Assembly: GCA_964489145.1 (NCBI GenBank)
Contig: CAZAXL010000006.1
Span: forward strand, 1,614-65,613
Length of the DNA: 64,000 bases
Reading direction: 5' to 3'
Origin: an uncultured Gammaproteobacteria bacterium
GTDB taxonomy: Bacteria; Patescibacteriota; Microgenomatia; UBA8517
Numbering within the stretch: the first letter of the stretch is position 1; each line of letters starts with the position of its first letter. Under the pieces are notes generated by a model. That model had not been told where the DNA came from. It saw only the letters and a list, made by a program, of their open reading frames with translations, and searched no databases. A program made the position numbers and the translations under genes. Shown here in pieces: positions 36,521-46,408 of this stretch.

Positions 36521-36681
36521 CAAGAGTCAGAATGTAAATTTCAGTTAAATAAAGGCTTTGATCCGGAGGGATGGAACCGGTGAGCTGAGGTCTAAATCAC
36601 CTACAGAGGCGAAACTGTAAAAAGACTGCAACGAGTGTCGGAAACGGAGCTCGTCAAGAATAAGGTTTCCTTATCTTAACG

Positions 36682-36704
36682 ATCTCGCTTTGGCGAGATT
36701 TTTG
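36682..36704 (+). terminator. Candidate intrinsic terminator (atctcgc-tttg-gcgagat plus ttttg)
   Basis: 7-bp perfect stem, 4-nt loop, T-tract. Confidence 0.4.
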
Positions 36705-36744
36705 TTGATAAGGCTACAAAGTCAAGGTGGCACAGCCCTTAAAG

Positions 36745-36795
36745 GCCCTTGTAAGTTAATCACTTTTTTGTGGTTATCTTGCAAGGGCTTTTTTA
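36745..36795 (+). terminator. Candidate intrinsic terminator (11-bp stem gcccttgtaag/cttgcaagggc, long loop, tttttt)
   Basis: Inverted repeat with one mismatch followed by T6. Confidence 0.5.
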
Positions 36796-36818
36796 TTTGA
36801 AAAAAGCCAGGAAAGGGG

Positions 36819-37088
36819 GTGAGAAATATGAAAGAAAATAACATAAATCAAAGCATTAATTACGATAGTATTTTAGATAAACTTCCAAATATGGAGAAGG
36901 CGGCTGAAATCTTCCAACACATGGAGGGATGCTTGCAAACGGTTCCATTAAGGCAATCAGAAGCCAGGGAAATAACTGAAACGATGCCTGGACCATACGG
37001 TATCCGATTTGGGCCAAGATTTGTCAGGGAAGTCAAGAAATATCTGGTATGCGAAGAATGTCATACACAGGAGAGATATTATGATTAA
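36819..37088 (+). CDS. Hypothetical small protein (Cys/His-containing)
   Basis: Strong SD AAGGGGGTGA 5 nt upstream of ATG. Confidence 0.45.
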   Translation: MRNMKENNINQSINYDSILDKLPNMEKAAEIFQHMEGCLQTVPLRQSEAREITETMPGPYGIRFGPRFVREVKKYLVCEECHTQERYYD

Positions 37089-37122
37089 CCTAAATATAGT
37101 CTAATTTATGCTAAACTAAGCC

Positions 37123-38112
37123 ATGCCAAAGAAACGGGTATTTTCCGGCACAAGGGCCACGGGAAGGTTGCATTTGGGCAACTATCTTGGGGCAGTGAAG
37201 GGATATTTGGAATTACAAAATAACCCCGATTATGAAACCATTTATATGGTTATGGATTTGCATGCCATAACGACCCCCTATGATAAGGCAAAATTGTCGG
37301 AAAACACCAGAAATGTAATTATGGATTATCTTGCCTGCGGACTTGATCCTGAAAAGTCCATAATTACAGCACAATCTTTAGTTCCGGAACACACGTATCT
37401 TGCCCACATTCTTTCGTCCGAAATTACTGTTGCCAGAATGCAGCACCTCCCCACATTTAAAGAAAAAGTTAAACAGCACCCCGATCACGTAACCATGGCG
37501 CTTCTTAATTACCCGGTTTTAATGGCTTCCGACATCCTCCTTTATAAAGCAAGTCTGGTTCCTGTTGGTATCGATCAGGAACCGCATTTGGAGATTGCCC
37601 GCGAAATTGCCAGAAAAATGAATGAAAAATACGGCACAGATTTCCCCGAGCCAAAACGTTTTGCCACGCAAGGAGAATATGTTCCGTCCCTGACAGGGGA
37701 GGGAAAAATGAGCAAAAGCGTGGAGGGAAGCTATATAGGTTTGACGGATAGTTTGGATGAGATTAAAAAGAAACTCTCGGGAGCTCCCACAGATTCAGGG
37801 AAAGGCGAGGCTATTCCGGAAAAGGGAGGAGTCGCCAATCTTTTTAAGCTAGTTGAATTATTTGAAGGTTCTGAAAAAAGAAAAGAATACGAAGAAAAAT
37901 ATCTCGGTGGTGGGGTAAGATACGGCGAGTTGAAAGCGGAACTTGCTGAGGCTATTTTTAAAGAAATTGAGCCTATCCAAAAGCAAAGAAAAATCTATGA
38001 GAACGATCCGTCTTTGGTTGACAGGATTATCAAGGAAGGAGCCGAAAAAGCAGGGGTAATTGCCGGAAAAACAATAGAAGAGATAAGAGATAAAATTGGG
38101 CTAATCAAATAA
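37123..38112 (+). CDS. trpS: Tryptophan--tRNA ligase
   Basis: HIGH-class motif (TGRLHLGNYLGA), KMSKS (GKMSKSVEGS). Confidence 0.9.
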   Translation: MPKKRVFSGTRATGRLHLGNYLGAVKGYLELQNNPDYETIYMVMDLHAITTPYDKAKLSENTRNVIMDYLACGLDPEKSIITAQSLVPEHTYLAHILSSEITVARMQHLPTFKEKVKQHPDHVTMALLNYPVLMASDILLYKASLVPVGIDQEPHLEIAREIARKMNEKYGTDFPEPKRFATQGEYVPSLTGEGKMSKSVEGSYIGLTDSLDEIKKKLSGAPTDSGKGEAIPEKGGVANLFKLVELFEGSEKRKEYEEKYLGGGVRYGELKAELAEAIFKEIEPIQKQRKIYENDPSLVDRIIKEGAEKAGVIAGKTIEEIRDKIGLIK

Positions 38113-38480
38113 TGGACAACATTTCTTTTGACGATTTTGAAAAGGTCGATATCAGAATTGGTACGGTTACTTCTGCCGAGGTGCCTGAGTGGAGTCATTG
38201 GGTAATGAAGCTAAAGGTCAACTTTGGTTCCGAAATTGGAGAAAAGCAGTGTTTTTCGGGAATTATGAAATTCTACAAGCCCGAAGAATTGGTTGGCAAA
38301 CAGTTTCCGTTTGTTATCAACCTGGAGCCCAGAAAAATGGGGCCGGAAAAAGAGGCCAGTGAAGCAATGATGATAATGGCCGCCCCCGGGGACAATCTTC
38401 CGGAAGAAGAAGCAGAAAATGTTGCCCCTGTCATTTTTCAGCTTCAAAACAAAGTTGACGACGGGACAAAAGTACGTTAA
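38112..38480 (+). CDS. tRNA-binding protein (CsaA/Trbp111/EMAP-like domain)
   Basis: FEKVDIRIGTVTSAE...KLKVNFG. Confidence 0.7.
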   Translation: MDNISFDDFEKVDIRIGTVTSAEVPEWSHWVMKLKVNFGSEIGEKQCFSGIMKFYKPEELVGKQFPFVINLEPRKMGPEKEASEAMMIMAAPGDNLPEEEAENVAPVIFQLQNKVDDGTKVR

Positions 38481-38501
38481 AGGTGTATTATTGACACTCA
38501 T

Positions 38502-40388
38502 ATGGATCCAACTAAGTTTTTTAGTCAAAACTCAACCGGTAAAAAAGCATCAAAAAATGGCCAGAAGCAGGTTAAAGTCAAACTTCGCATCAACCTTTGG
38601 ACAATTGCGGCAACGATCCTGATTGTATTTTTCATAATTCCTGGATTTATTGCAGCCGTACAAACATTCGGCAATTCCTCAAAAGAAAACATCTCCCAAT
38701 TGATGACGGATATAAAAGGAGGAAATGTGGACAAGGTGAGTGTTGAAGGATCAAAACTTCTTGTAACTTATAAGGACGAGTCGGTTAAGATTTCAACAAA
38801 AGAAGATACGGAAAACTTTTCCGACCTTCTAAAAAATTACGAAATCGATCCTGCAAGCGTGAATTATGAAATCGTCGACCAATCGGCTGCCAAAGTAATC
38901 GGGGACATTATCGGAATTGTGCTGCCGCTCATTCTTATGGTTGGATTTTTCTACTATATAATGCGTGCCCAAAACAAGGGAGCTCAGGATATCTTCTCTT
39001 TTGGCAGAAGTAAGGCAAAAATTTTTGCCAAGGGTAAACAGAGCATAACTTTTGTTGATGTTGCCGGGGTTGATGAAGCTAAAAAAGAACTTGAAGAGCT
39101 TGTGGATTTTCTTAAAAATCCGGCTAAATATAGAAAAATCGGAGCAAGAACCCCCAAAGGGGCGCTTTTGGTCGGGCCATCCGGTGTGGGGAAGACTCTT
39201 TTGGCTAAAGCTGTTGCCGGAGAGGCCGGTGTCCCATTTTTCTCAATGGCGGGAAGTGAATTTATGGAAATGCTTGTAGGAGTAGGAGCTTCTAGAGCCC
39301 GCGATCTTTTTGCTCAGGCAAAGGCGGCAGCCCCTTCAATCATTTTTATTGATGAAATTGATGCAATAGGGCGTCAAAGAGGCAGGGGAATGATGGGTGG
39401 ACATGACGAAAGGGAACAGACACTAAACCAAATTTTGGTTGAAATGGATGGTTTCACTCCGAACGATAACGTAATTGTTATAGCGGCTACCAACAGAGGG
39501 GATTTACTCGATCCGGCACTTCTCAGGCCGGGGAGGTTTGACAGAAGAATAGTTCTTGATATGCCTGATAAAGAAGGCAGGTTGGCAATCTTACATATTC
39601 ATGCACAGGGTAAGAAGTTTGCCAAAGGAGTTGACTGGAGTAAAGTCGCTGATAGAACTGTTGGTTTTTCAGGGGCCGATATTGAGAACATGCTAAACGA
39701 GGCCGCAATCGGGGCCGCGAGAAACGGCAATAGTGAAATTTCAATGGCTGACCTTGAAGAATCTTCAACTAAGGTTAAACTCGGACCTGCCAAAAAGAGG
39801 CTTCAAAGCGATGAAGATAAAAAATTGACTGCCTATCATGAGGCAGGACACGCCATTGTCACGCATTTTTTGAAAAATATGGACCCGGTTCATCGAATTT
39901 CCATAGTTGCCCGCGGAATGAGTTTGGGGCACACTTTGATTCCTCCTGTGGGAGATAGAACTCACGAAACAAAATCCCGTTTATTAGAGCAGATTACGGC
40001 CATGCTTGGGGGACGGGCCGCGGAAGAAGTCATATTTAATGAAATGACCAGTGGAGCGGCAAACGATATTGCCCAAGCCACAAAAATTTCTAAAGCAATG
40101 GTCGTGGAATTTGGAATGAGCGAACTTGGACCCATTAACTTCGGACCCGATATGGGAATGGGGGATTTTGGACAAATGGAATGGTACGAACAGGCCCAGA
40201 ATTCACCTTCCTTTATGGAAAAAATAGATACCGAAACCAAAAAATTCTTAGATATGGGCTACAAAGCCGCCGTAAAACTTATTAAAGAGAAAAGAAAATT
40301 GCTGGATAAAGTAAGCAAAGCTTTGATTGAAAAAGAAACTCTTGATCGGGACGACTTCGAAAAGATTGTTGGTAGGAAGATATCCTGA
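38502..40388 (+). CDS. ftsH: ATP-dependent zinc metalloprotease FtsH
   Basis: GPSGVGKTLLAKAVAGEA, AAA SRH, HEAGHAIV zinc-binding motif. Confidence 0.9.
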   Translation: MDPTKFFSQNSTGKKASKNGQKQVKVKLRINLWTIAATILIVFFIIPGFIAAVQTFGNSSKENISQLMTDIKGGNVDKVSVEGSKLLVTYKDESVKISTKEDTENFSDLLKNYEIDPASVNYEIVDQSAAKVIGDIIGIVLPLILMVGFFYYIMRAQNKGAQDIFSFGRSKAKIFAKGKQSITFVDVAGVDEAKKELEELVDFLKNPAKYRKIGARTPKGALLVGPSGVGKTLLAKAVAGEAGVPFFSMAGSEFMEMLVGVGASRARDLFAQAKAAAPSIIFIDEIDAIGRQRGRGMMGGHDEREQTLNQILVEMDGFTPNDNVIVIAATNRGDLLDPALLRPGRFDRRIVLDMPDKEGRLAILHIHAQGKKFAKGVDWSKVADRTVGFSGADIENMLNEAAIGAARNGNSEISMADLEESSTKVKLGPAKKRLQSDEDKKLTAYHEAGHAIVTHFLKNMDPVHRISIVARGMSLGHTLIPPVGDRTHETKSRLLEQITAMLGGRAAEEVIFNEMTSGAANDIAQATKISKAMVVEFGMSELGPINFGPDMGMGDFGQMEWYEQAQNSPSFMEKIDTETKKFLDMGYKAAVKLIKEKRKLLDKVSKALIEKETLDRDDFEKIVGRKIS

Positions 40389-40417
40389 AAACTTCAGACG
40401 GTTTAAGGTAAAATACT

Positions 40418-41350
40418 GTGTATATGTCTAAATTGGTAATAATTGATGGAAATGCCATTCTTCATAGGGCTTTCCATGCCATGCCACCCCTAACTACGAG
40501 AAGCGGTGAGCCCATCAATGCCGTCTATGGGCTTGTTTCAATGTTTTTACGGGTTATCCAGGATCTTAAGCCGGATTCCATTGCTGTGGCCTTTGACGAG
40601 AAGGAAAAGACATTCAGACATAAGGAATTTGAAAAATATCAATCTCAGCGCCCTCCTACGGCGGACGAACTCTCGTCACAGTTTGGAAAAGCCAGAGATT
40701 TTTTTAAAGCGGTGGGTGTTCCAATTTATTCAAAGCCCGGTTTTGAGGCGGATGATGTAATTGGAACAATTGCTACGCGAAGTTTCGATAAATTAAAAAT
40801 TAAAAATTTAAAATTAAAAATTGATGAGGTAATAATCATTACGGGAGATAGAGATATTCTCCAACTGGTGGACGACAAAACAAAACTCTATATGCCCATC
40901 GTCGGACTTGCTAACGCCAAGCTTTACGACGCCGCCGCGGCGACGGAAAGGATGGGAGTGCCCCCTGAGGAGATTCCAGATTATAAAGCACTGGTTGGAG
41001 ACGCTTCAGATAACTATCCCGGGGTAGGGGGTATCGGACCAAAGACTGCGGAAAAACTTTTAGAGAAGTATGGAAGTATAGATAATATTTATGCTCATTT
41101 ACAGGATATTGAGCCGAAAACAAGGCAAAAGTTGACTGATGGTAAAAAGGACGCAAAATTATTTTACAGGCTTGCTACAATAGTCAAAGATGTTCCCATA
41201 GAAATTGATTTCCCGCAAATGGAAAAGTGGAAAATTGACAGTCCCGAGGTGTTTAATCTTTTTGAAAAGTTTGGTTTTAAGACCTTAATGGATAGAATTA
41301 AGAAAGTTGGCAAATCAATTGACGAAAGTAAGCAAAATACTTTATTTTGA
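40418..41350 (+). CDS. 5'-3' exonuclease (FEN/Pol I N-terminal domain family)
   Basis: LVIIDGNAILHRAFHA, FEADDVIGT, GDRDILQL, helix-hairpin-helix (GIGPKTAEKLL). Confidence 0.8.
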   Translation: MYMSKLVIIDGNAILHRAFHAMPPLTTRSGEPINAVYGLVSMFLRVIQDLKPDSIAVAFDEKEKTFRHKEFEKYQSQRPPTADELSSQFGKARDFFKAVGVPIYSKPGFEADDVIGTIATRSFDKLKIKNLKLKIDEVIIITGDRDILQLVDDKTKLYMPIVGLANAKLYDAAAATERMGVPPEEIPDYKALVGDASDNYPGVGGIGPKTAEKLLEKYGSIDNIYAHLQDIEPKTRQKLTDGKKDAKLFYRLATIVKDVPIEIDFPQMEKWKIDSPEVFNLFEKFGFKTLMDRIKKVGKSIDESKQNTLF

Positions 41351-41356
41351 CAATAT

Positions 41357-42472
41357 ATGAAAATTGCAATAGTTCATGATTATTTAAAAGAGTATGGCGG
41401 GGCGGAGAGGGTGTTGGAAACTTTTTTGGAAATTTGGCCGGATGCCGATATTTACACAACTGTTTTCCTACCCGAATTTGCCGGGCCACACAAAGGCCGT
41501 GTTGAAAAATGGAACGTAAAGACTTCATTTTTACAGTACGTACCATTTAAAGCAAAATTAATAAGCATGTTTAGATTTGTGGCCCCTCTGGTTTTTAGAA
41601 GCTTTAATTTATCCGACTATGATGTGGTTATTACTTCTACGGCAGGAACCTATACAAGCCCCAATTTTGTCAGGATAGGCAAAAAAACCACTCTAATTTG
41701 TTATTGTCACACACCTCCAAGATACCTTTACGGGTATCCTGTTGCCAACGATTGGAGAAGCAACTGGTTTAGAAGAATACTTTTATTTTTGGGTAAATTG
41801 CCGATGTATTTTTTGCGAAAGTTGGATTATGGGTCGGCTCAACTTCCCGATTATATTATTGCCAACTCTAGGGAAGTGGCTGGAAGGATAAGAAGATTCT
41901 ACCGCCGGGAATCGACTGTAATTTACCCTCCGGTTGAAATTCCAAAACTGGACGGATTGCCACAAAAGGGTGACTATTATTTGATTGGGGGCAGGGTTTC
42001 GAGGCACAAAGGGCACGGTATCGCTGTAAAAGCGTTTACTGAATTGGGACTTCCCCTTAAAGTTTTTGGTGGTACTTTTGCCTCGTATGGACTTAATCAG
42101 TTTAAAAAATTTGCTGGAAGAAATATTGAATTTCTGGGTGAGGTTAGTGAAAGCGATAAATGGAAACTAATGAAAGGTGCAAAAGCTTTTATTTTTCCAT
42201 CGGAACAGGAAGATTTTGGAATTATTCCGGTTGAAGCAATGGCGGCGGGAACTCCCGTTATTGCTCTAAACCAGGGTGGGGTAAAAGAAACAGTGATAGA
42301 TGGTAAAACAGGTTTGTTTTTCAATGAAAGAACACCGGAAGCCCTAGCTGAAGCGGTTAAGAAATTTGAAAAGATGAAATTTAATCCTGAAGATTGTATA
42401 AATCAGGCCAAAAAGTTTTCAAAAAAGCGTTTCAAAAAAGAAATAGTGGAGTTTGTAAATAATTATGCCTGA
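41357..42472 (+). CDS. Glycosyltransferase family 4 (GT-B)
   Basis: EQEDFGIIPVEAMAAGTPVIA (E-x7-E motif). Confidence 0.75.
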   Translation: MKIAIVHDYLKEYGGAERVLETFLEIWPDADIYTTVFLPEFAGPHKGRVEKWNVKTSFLQYVPFKAKLISMFRFVAPLVFRSFNLSDYDVVITSTAGTYTSPNFVRIGKKTTLICYCHTPPRYLYGYPVANDWRSNWFRRILLFLGKLPMYFLRKLDYGSAQLPDYIIANSREVAGRIRRFYRRESTVIYPPVEIPKLDGLPQKGDYYLIGGRVSRHKGHGIAVKAFTELGLPLKVFGGTFASYGLNQFKKFAGRNIEFLGEVSESDKWKLMKGAKAFIFPSEQEDFGIIPVEAMAAGTPVIALNQGGVKETVIDGKTGLFFNERTPEALAEAVKKFEKMKFNPEDCINQAKKFSKKRFKKEIVEFVNNYA

Positions 42473-43313
42473 ATTACCTGAAGTTGAGACAATGCGGTTG
42501 CAGTTAAAAAAGTTCCTCGTGGGCCATAAAATTACATCTGTTGAAGTCAAAAGCCGCAAAACTTTTCAAGGGGATGAGAAAAAAGTCATTGGCGGAAAAA
42601 TTACCGATGTAAGACGGTTCGGAAAGGTTTCTGTAATCGATTTAGATAATAATTATTCGATTTTGACCCACGTAAAGCTCACCGGTCAGTATATTTACAG
42701 AGGACTAAATCTTCCAGACCCAAGAGAATTGTCTAAAAAAGTGACCGGAGGAATTCCGGGTCTCCACACATTGGTCATTTTCAATTTCGATAAAGGAGGA
42801 GTGCTTTACTACAACGATGTCAGACGATTTGGTTGGATCAGGATAGAAAAGACAGGAGACGTTAAGAATGAAAAGTTTATTGTTAAGCTTGGACCAGAAC
42901 CATTTAAAGGCCTAACTCTGCAGGTATTTCAAGAAATTCTTTCAAAAACTTTCAGTATGATTAAAGTTGTCCTAATGGATCAGGAAAAGATTGGTGGAGT
43001 GGGGAATATTTATGCGAACGACGCACTTTGGCTTTCTAAAGTTAATCCTAAAACTCCGGCAAAAAGTTTGGATCCCGAATCTGTAAAAAAACTGTATGAA
43101 GCAATTGTCACGGTTCTTAAGGCAGGAATAAAATATGGCGGGGCGAGTGAGCTGGCCTTTGTTACCCCCGACGGGGGCGAGGGGAAATATCAAAATCACA
43201 CTTTGGTTTACGGACATGAGGGAGAACCATGTGAGAGGTGTCACAAATCGGTTATTAAAAAATTCTTTTTAGGAGGGCGGGGAACTTATTTTTGTCCCAA
43301 ATGTCAAAAGTGA
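42465..43313 (+). CDS. mutM: Formamidopyrimidine-DNA glycosylase (Fpg/Nei family)
   Basis: MPELPEVE N-terminus; C-terminal CERC...CPKC zinc finger. Confidence 0.85.
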   Translation: MPELPEVETMRLQLKKFLVGHKITSVEVKSRKTFQGDEKKVIGGKITDVRRFGKVSVIDLDNNYSILTHVKLTGQYIYRGLNLPDPRELSKKVTGGIPGLHTLVIFNFDKGGVLYYNDVRRFGWIRIEKTGDVKNEKFIVKLGPEPFKGLTLQVFQEILSKTFSMIKVVLMDQEKIGGVGNIYANDALWLSKVNPKTPAKSLDPESVKKLYEAIVTVLKAGIKYGGASELAFVTPDGGEGKYQNHTLVYGHEGEPCERCHKSVIKKFFLGGRGTYFCPKCQK

Positions 43314-43325
43314 CATAATTAATTT

Positions 43326-43934
43326 ATGAATGAAAAACTAAGTGAGGAAACTTATAAGGAAATAAAGGTATATGCGCTTTCCCAAATGGCTAAATTAAAA
43401 AAAGCCAGCCACAACGATGAACATGTTATCCGTGTAAAGGATAATGCCTTGAAAATAATAAAACTTCTGGATAAAGAACGCGAAGTTGATAAAAATCTTT
43501 TGAAGGCAGTTTGCCTGCTTCATGATTTTACCTATACTGTGAGAAAACCGGGTATATACACCTACATTTTTGAAGGACACATAGAAAGAAGAGTAATCCG
43601 TTCGGTTTTGGAAAAGTTTGATTTATCGGAGGGTGCCAAAGAAATAATTGTCGATGCAGTGTTTCATCATGCACACAGTTTTCCCTTCAGGAGATTAAAT
43701 AAAAGCCACAGCACTTATACAAAGGTTCTTCAAGACGCCGATACGTTGGATTTTTTTGATTGCTTAAGGATAAAAATGTATATAAGTGAACATGATAAGG
43801 GTATGTTTAGAAATGTCAGGAGGTTTTGGAGCATTAAATTAATAGAGTACGGGGTAAATAATTTGAGAGAATTTTTAAATTACCCGACACTCGCAAAATC
43901 TTTTTTTGCGGATTCCTCTATGAGTTGTCTATAG
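43326..43934 (+). CDS. HD-domain phosphohydrolase
   Basis: H...HD (LLHDFTY) ... D pattern. Confidence 0.55.
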   Translation: MNEKLSEETYKEIKVYALSQMAKLKKASHNDEHVIRVKDNALKIIKLLDKEREVDKNLLKAVCLLHDFTYTVRKPGIYTYIFEGHIERRVIRSVLEKFDLSEGAKEIIVDAVFHHAHSFPFRRLNKSHSTYTKVLQDADTLDFFDCLRIKMYISEHDKGMFRNVRRFWSIKLIEYGVNNLREFLNYPTLAKSFFADSSMSCL

Positions 43935-43946
43935 CCAAAACGGTTT

Positions 43947-44762
43947 ATGTACAAAAAAATAGTAAATAAAAAAAACATTGAGTTCCACTATTACGAATAT
44001 GGCGCCGTGAATAAAAAGATACTGCTTTTCCTGCCAGGCTACGCGGACAGTGCCTTGATGTATGGGAAACTTGGGAGAAGTTTAGCTAAAGAGTATAGAG
44101 TGATTGCGCTTGATTTTCCGATGATACACAGTTCGGAAAAAATCTACGACCTTAAGATGCTTACGGATTTTATCGAAGACTTTGTTAGAGAAATAAATAT
44201 AAATGATTTTACAATTGCCGGTTTTTCCTCATGCGGACTTGCTGCTATTAATTATGCTCACCATAATCCCGATAAAGTTAAGGAGCTTGTACTTCTAAAT
44301 TCCGTACCGAGATTTATCTTGTCAAAGAGGAATCGCAGAATTTATAAATTTCTGACACCACTGTTTTTATCAAGGCCAATACTTTTCATTTATTCAAGGC
44401 TCAACTCATCAAAAAGACTTAGAAAGACTTTCAAATTACCCCAGATATCCTCCTTTACCATATGCAGGATGAGGAACTATTATTATTCGGTTTTTGGTAC
44501 GGCAGTAAATTTGTTGGGTGAATCGGTTTTAGTAAGGTTCAAAAATACAAAAGCACCGAAGAAAATAATATTTTTTAAAGATGACACGATAATTCCATGG
44601 GCGCGTTATCAATATTTTGTTGAAAAACTTGATTGCGAAGTTGTAGTTTTCTCGGAAGGGCTGCATGCCGACAAAAGAATTTATTGGGAAAAATTAAAAA
44701 CTTTGTGGCTAAAGACTCCAAAGATAGAATTTCAGGATGTTAGTATTGAAAAAAGCAAATAA
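43947..44762 (+). CDS. Alpha/beta hydrolase
   Basis: GFSSCG nucleophile elbow (GxSxG). Confidence 0.6.
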   Translation: MYKKIVNKKNIEFHYYEYGAVNKKILLFLPGYADSALMYGKLGRSLAKEYRVIALDFPMIHSSEKIYDLKMLTDFIEDFVREININDFTIAGFSSCGLAAINYAHHNPDKVKELVLLNSVPRFILSKRNRRIYKFLTPLFLSRPILFIYSRLNSSKRLRKTFKLPQISSFTICRMRNYYYSVFGTAVNLLGESVLVRFKNTKAPKKIIFFKDDTIIPWARYQYFVEKLDCEVVVFSEGLHADKRIYWEKLKTLWLKTPKIEFQDVSIEKSK

Positions 44763-44774
44763 ATTGTCTTTGTT

Positions 44775-45839
44775 ATGATTAAAAAGATTGAACTTCAGAA
44801 TTTTAGAAATTTTAAGAAGATAATTTTTGAATTTTCGCCAAAAATAACCGTTATAGTTGGTCCCAACGCGTCTGGGAAAACGAACGTTCTTGAAAGTTTG
44901 CACCTTCTTTCTACGGGTAAAAGTTTTAAGGCAAAACTTGAAGAAGAGGTAATTCAGTATGACGCGGACATAGGTAGAGTGGGAGGCGTTGTTGTCGGAG
45001 AAGAGGAAACATCCACCACTTTGGAGGCAGTTATAACCAGGGGTAAAATTAATATAGGTGCGGCACGACCCGAGATAGTACCCCGCAAAAAACTCCTCGT
45101 AAACGGAGTACCAAGGCGGATGATTGATTTTTCGGGTAACTTTAGAACTGTGCTTTTTGGGCCTTGGGACCTGGATTTGGTTACAGAATCTCCCTCAATC
45201 AGGAGAAAATTTTTGGATACGGTTTTGGGACAAGTGGATAGGGAATATCGAAGATCAGCCCTTTCTTACGAAAAAGGCCTAAGGCAAAGAAACCGTGTAC
45301 TTTGGGATATGAGGGAGGGTAATATCGGACCCGACAGGCTTCTTTTTTGGAACCAGCTGCTTATTAAAAATGGCAACTATATTACGGAAAAAAGAGGGGA
45401 GTTTATTGATTTTGTAAATAGTTTGGAATTTGAAATTAATGGTTTGAAGCTTAATATTTCTTATGATAAAAGCGTGATTTCCGAAAGCAGACTTGAACAA
45501 TATAAAGAAGAGGAAGTTAGTGCCGCAACAACTCTGGTTGGCCCCCATAGAGATGATTTTGCCTTCAATAAAGGGGAAAGAAGCTTGTCCAGCTACGGTT
45601 CCAGGGGGGAGCAAAGGATGGGTGTTCTCTGGTTGAAGATGGCGGAGCTTTCTTTTATTGAAGAAAAAAATTCTGCCCGGCCGACGCTCCTCCTAGACGA
45701 CATTTTTTCAGAACTTGATGAAGAACATAAAAAAGTCGTGATGGACATTGCCCTGAAACAGCAAACAATTATCACGTCGGTTGATGATGAATTCGCAAAA
45801 GAACTGAAAAAAGTGGAGAGAATTGAGTTGATGGGTTAA
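44775..45839 (+). CDS. recF: DNA replication and repair protein RecF
   Basis: IELQNFRNF...VGPNASGKTNVLESL (Walker A), LLLDDIFSELD (Walker B). Confidence 0.85.
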   Translation: MIKKIELQNFRNFKKIIFEFSPKITVIVGPNASGKTNVLESLHLLSTGKSFKAKLEEEVIQYDADIGRVGGVVVGEEETSTTLEAVITRGKINIGAARPEIVPRKKLLVNGVPRRMIDFSGNFRTVLFGPWDLDLVTESPSIRRKFLDTVLGQVDREYRRSALSYEKGLRQRNRVLWDMREGNIGPDRLLFWNQLLIKNGNYITEKRGEFIDFVNSLEFEINGLKLNISYDKSVISESRLEQYKEEEVSAATTLVGPHRDDFAFNKGERSLSSYGSRGEQRMGVLWLKMAELSFIEEKNSARPTLLLDDIFSELDEEHKKVVMDIALKQQTIITSVDDEFAKELKKVERIELMG

Positions 45840-45842
45840 AAT

Positions 45843-46121
45843 ATGGATATGGAAAATGGTGAAGGCAAACCTAAGCCTAGATACGAATATAAGAGCGTCT
45901 TTATCGGAAAAAATCCCGATACCGGAGTGCCTTATTTTGAAAAAAGAAGGGTGCGCATAGTGGATATCAATGAGCCGCCGGAAGATCCTCCAAATGAGGA
46001 TTTATCTGCGATAGGAAATACGAGAAATGAATCGATACATTCATCTAAACGGTACGGAAATTACAATGCGGATATTGTTTCAAAAGCGATGGACGATAAA
46101 GCGGACGCGGACAAGGATTAA
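45843..46121 (+). CDS. Hypothetical acidic protein
   Basis: ORF only. Confidence 0.3.
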   Translation: MDMENGEGKPKPRYEYKSVFIGKNPDTGVPYFEKRRVRIVDINEPPEDPPNEDLSAIGNTRNESIHSSKRYGNYNADIVSKAMDDKADADKD

Positions 46122-46387
46122 TTCTTATTAATAATTCGTGTCAAATTGTAAGTTACGAGTACGGCAAGAACTGTAACAACAAGTGCGTAGATAAGAAGTG
46201 AGATAATTCCGGAAGCTCCTCCCACGAGCGGCTTAATATATTGGCTTACGAGCTCCTGAATAAGTGCATTCCAAGCTAAGGCTGCCACAAGTCCGAGGCC
46301 GCCCGTTGAAAGAGTCAGCATTTGTTTTAAAACCTCTTTTTTTACTTCAGACGCGTTTTTCCTGAGTCTGTGAATCTTTTTTGGCAT
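46118..46387 (-). CDS. Hypothetical small membrane protein
   Basis: Two hydrophobic segments; overlaps the annotated 5' extension of the next gene. Confidence 0.35.
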   Translation of the reverse strand: MPKKIHRLRKNASEVKKEVLKQMLTLSTGGLGLVAALAWNALIQELVSQYIKPLVGGASGIISLLIYALVVTVLAVLVTYNLTRIINKN

Positions 46388-46408
46388 ATACTTAAGTTAT
46401 TATACCCC

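Noticed and set aside
36521-36700. Calling the tRNA-downstream segment SRP (4.5S) RNA
   Set aside because: Only a faint GGAA-tetraloop resemblance. I cannot reproduce the conserved domain IV pairing by eye. It is kept as an unassigned possible sRNA.
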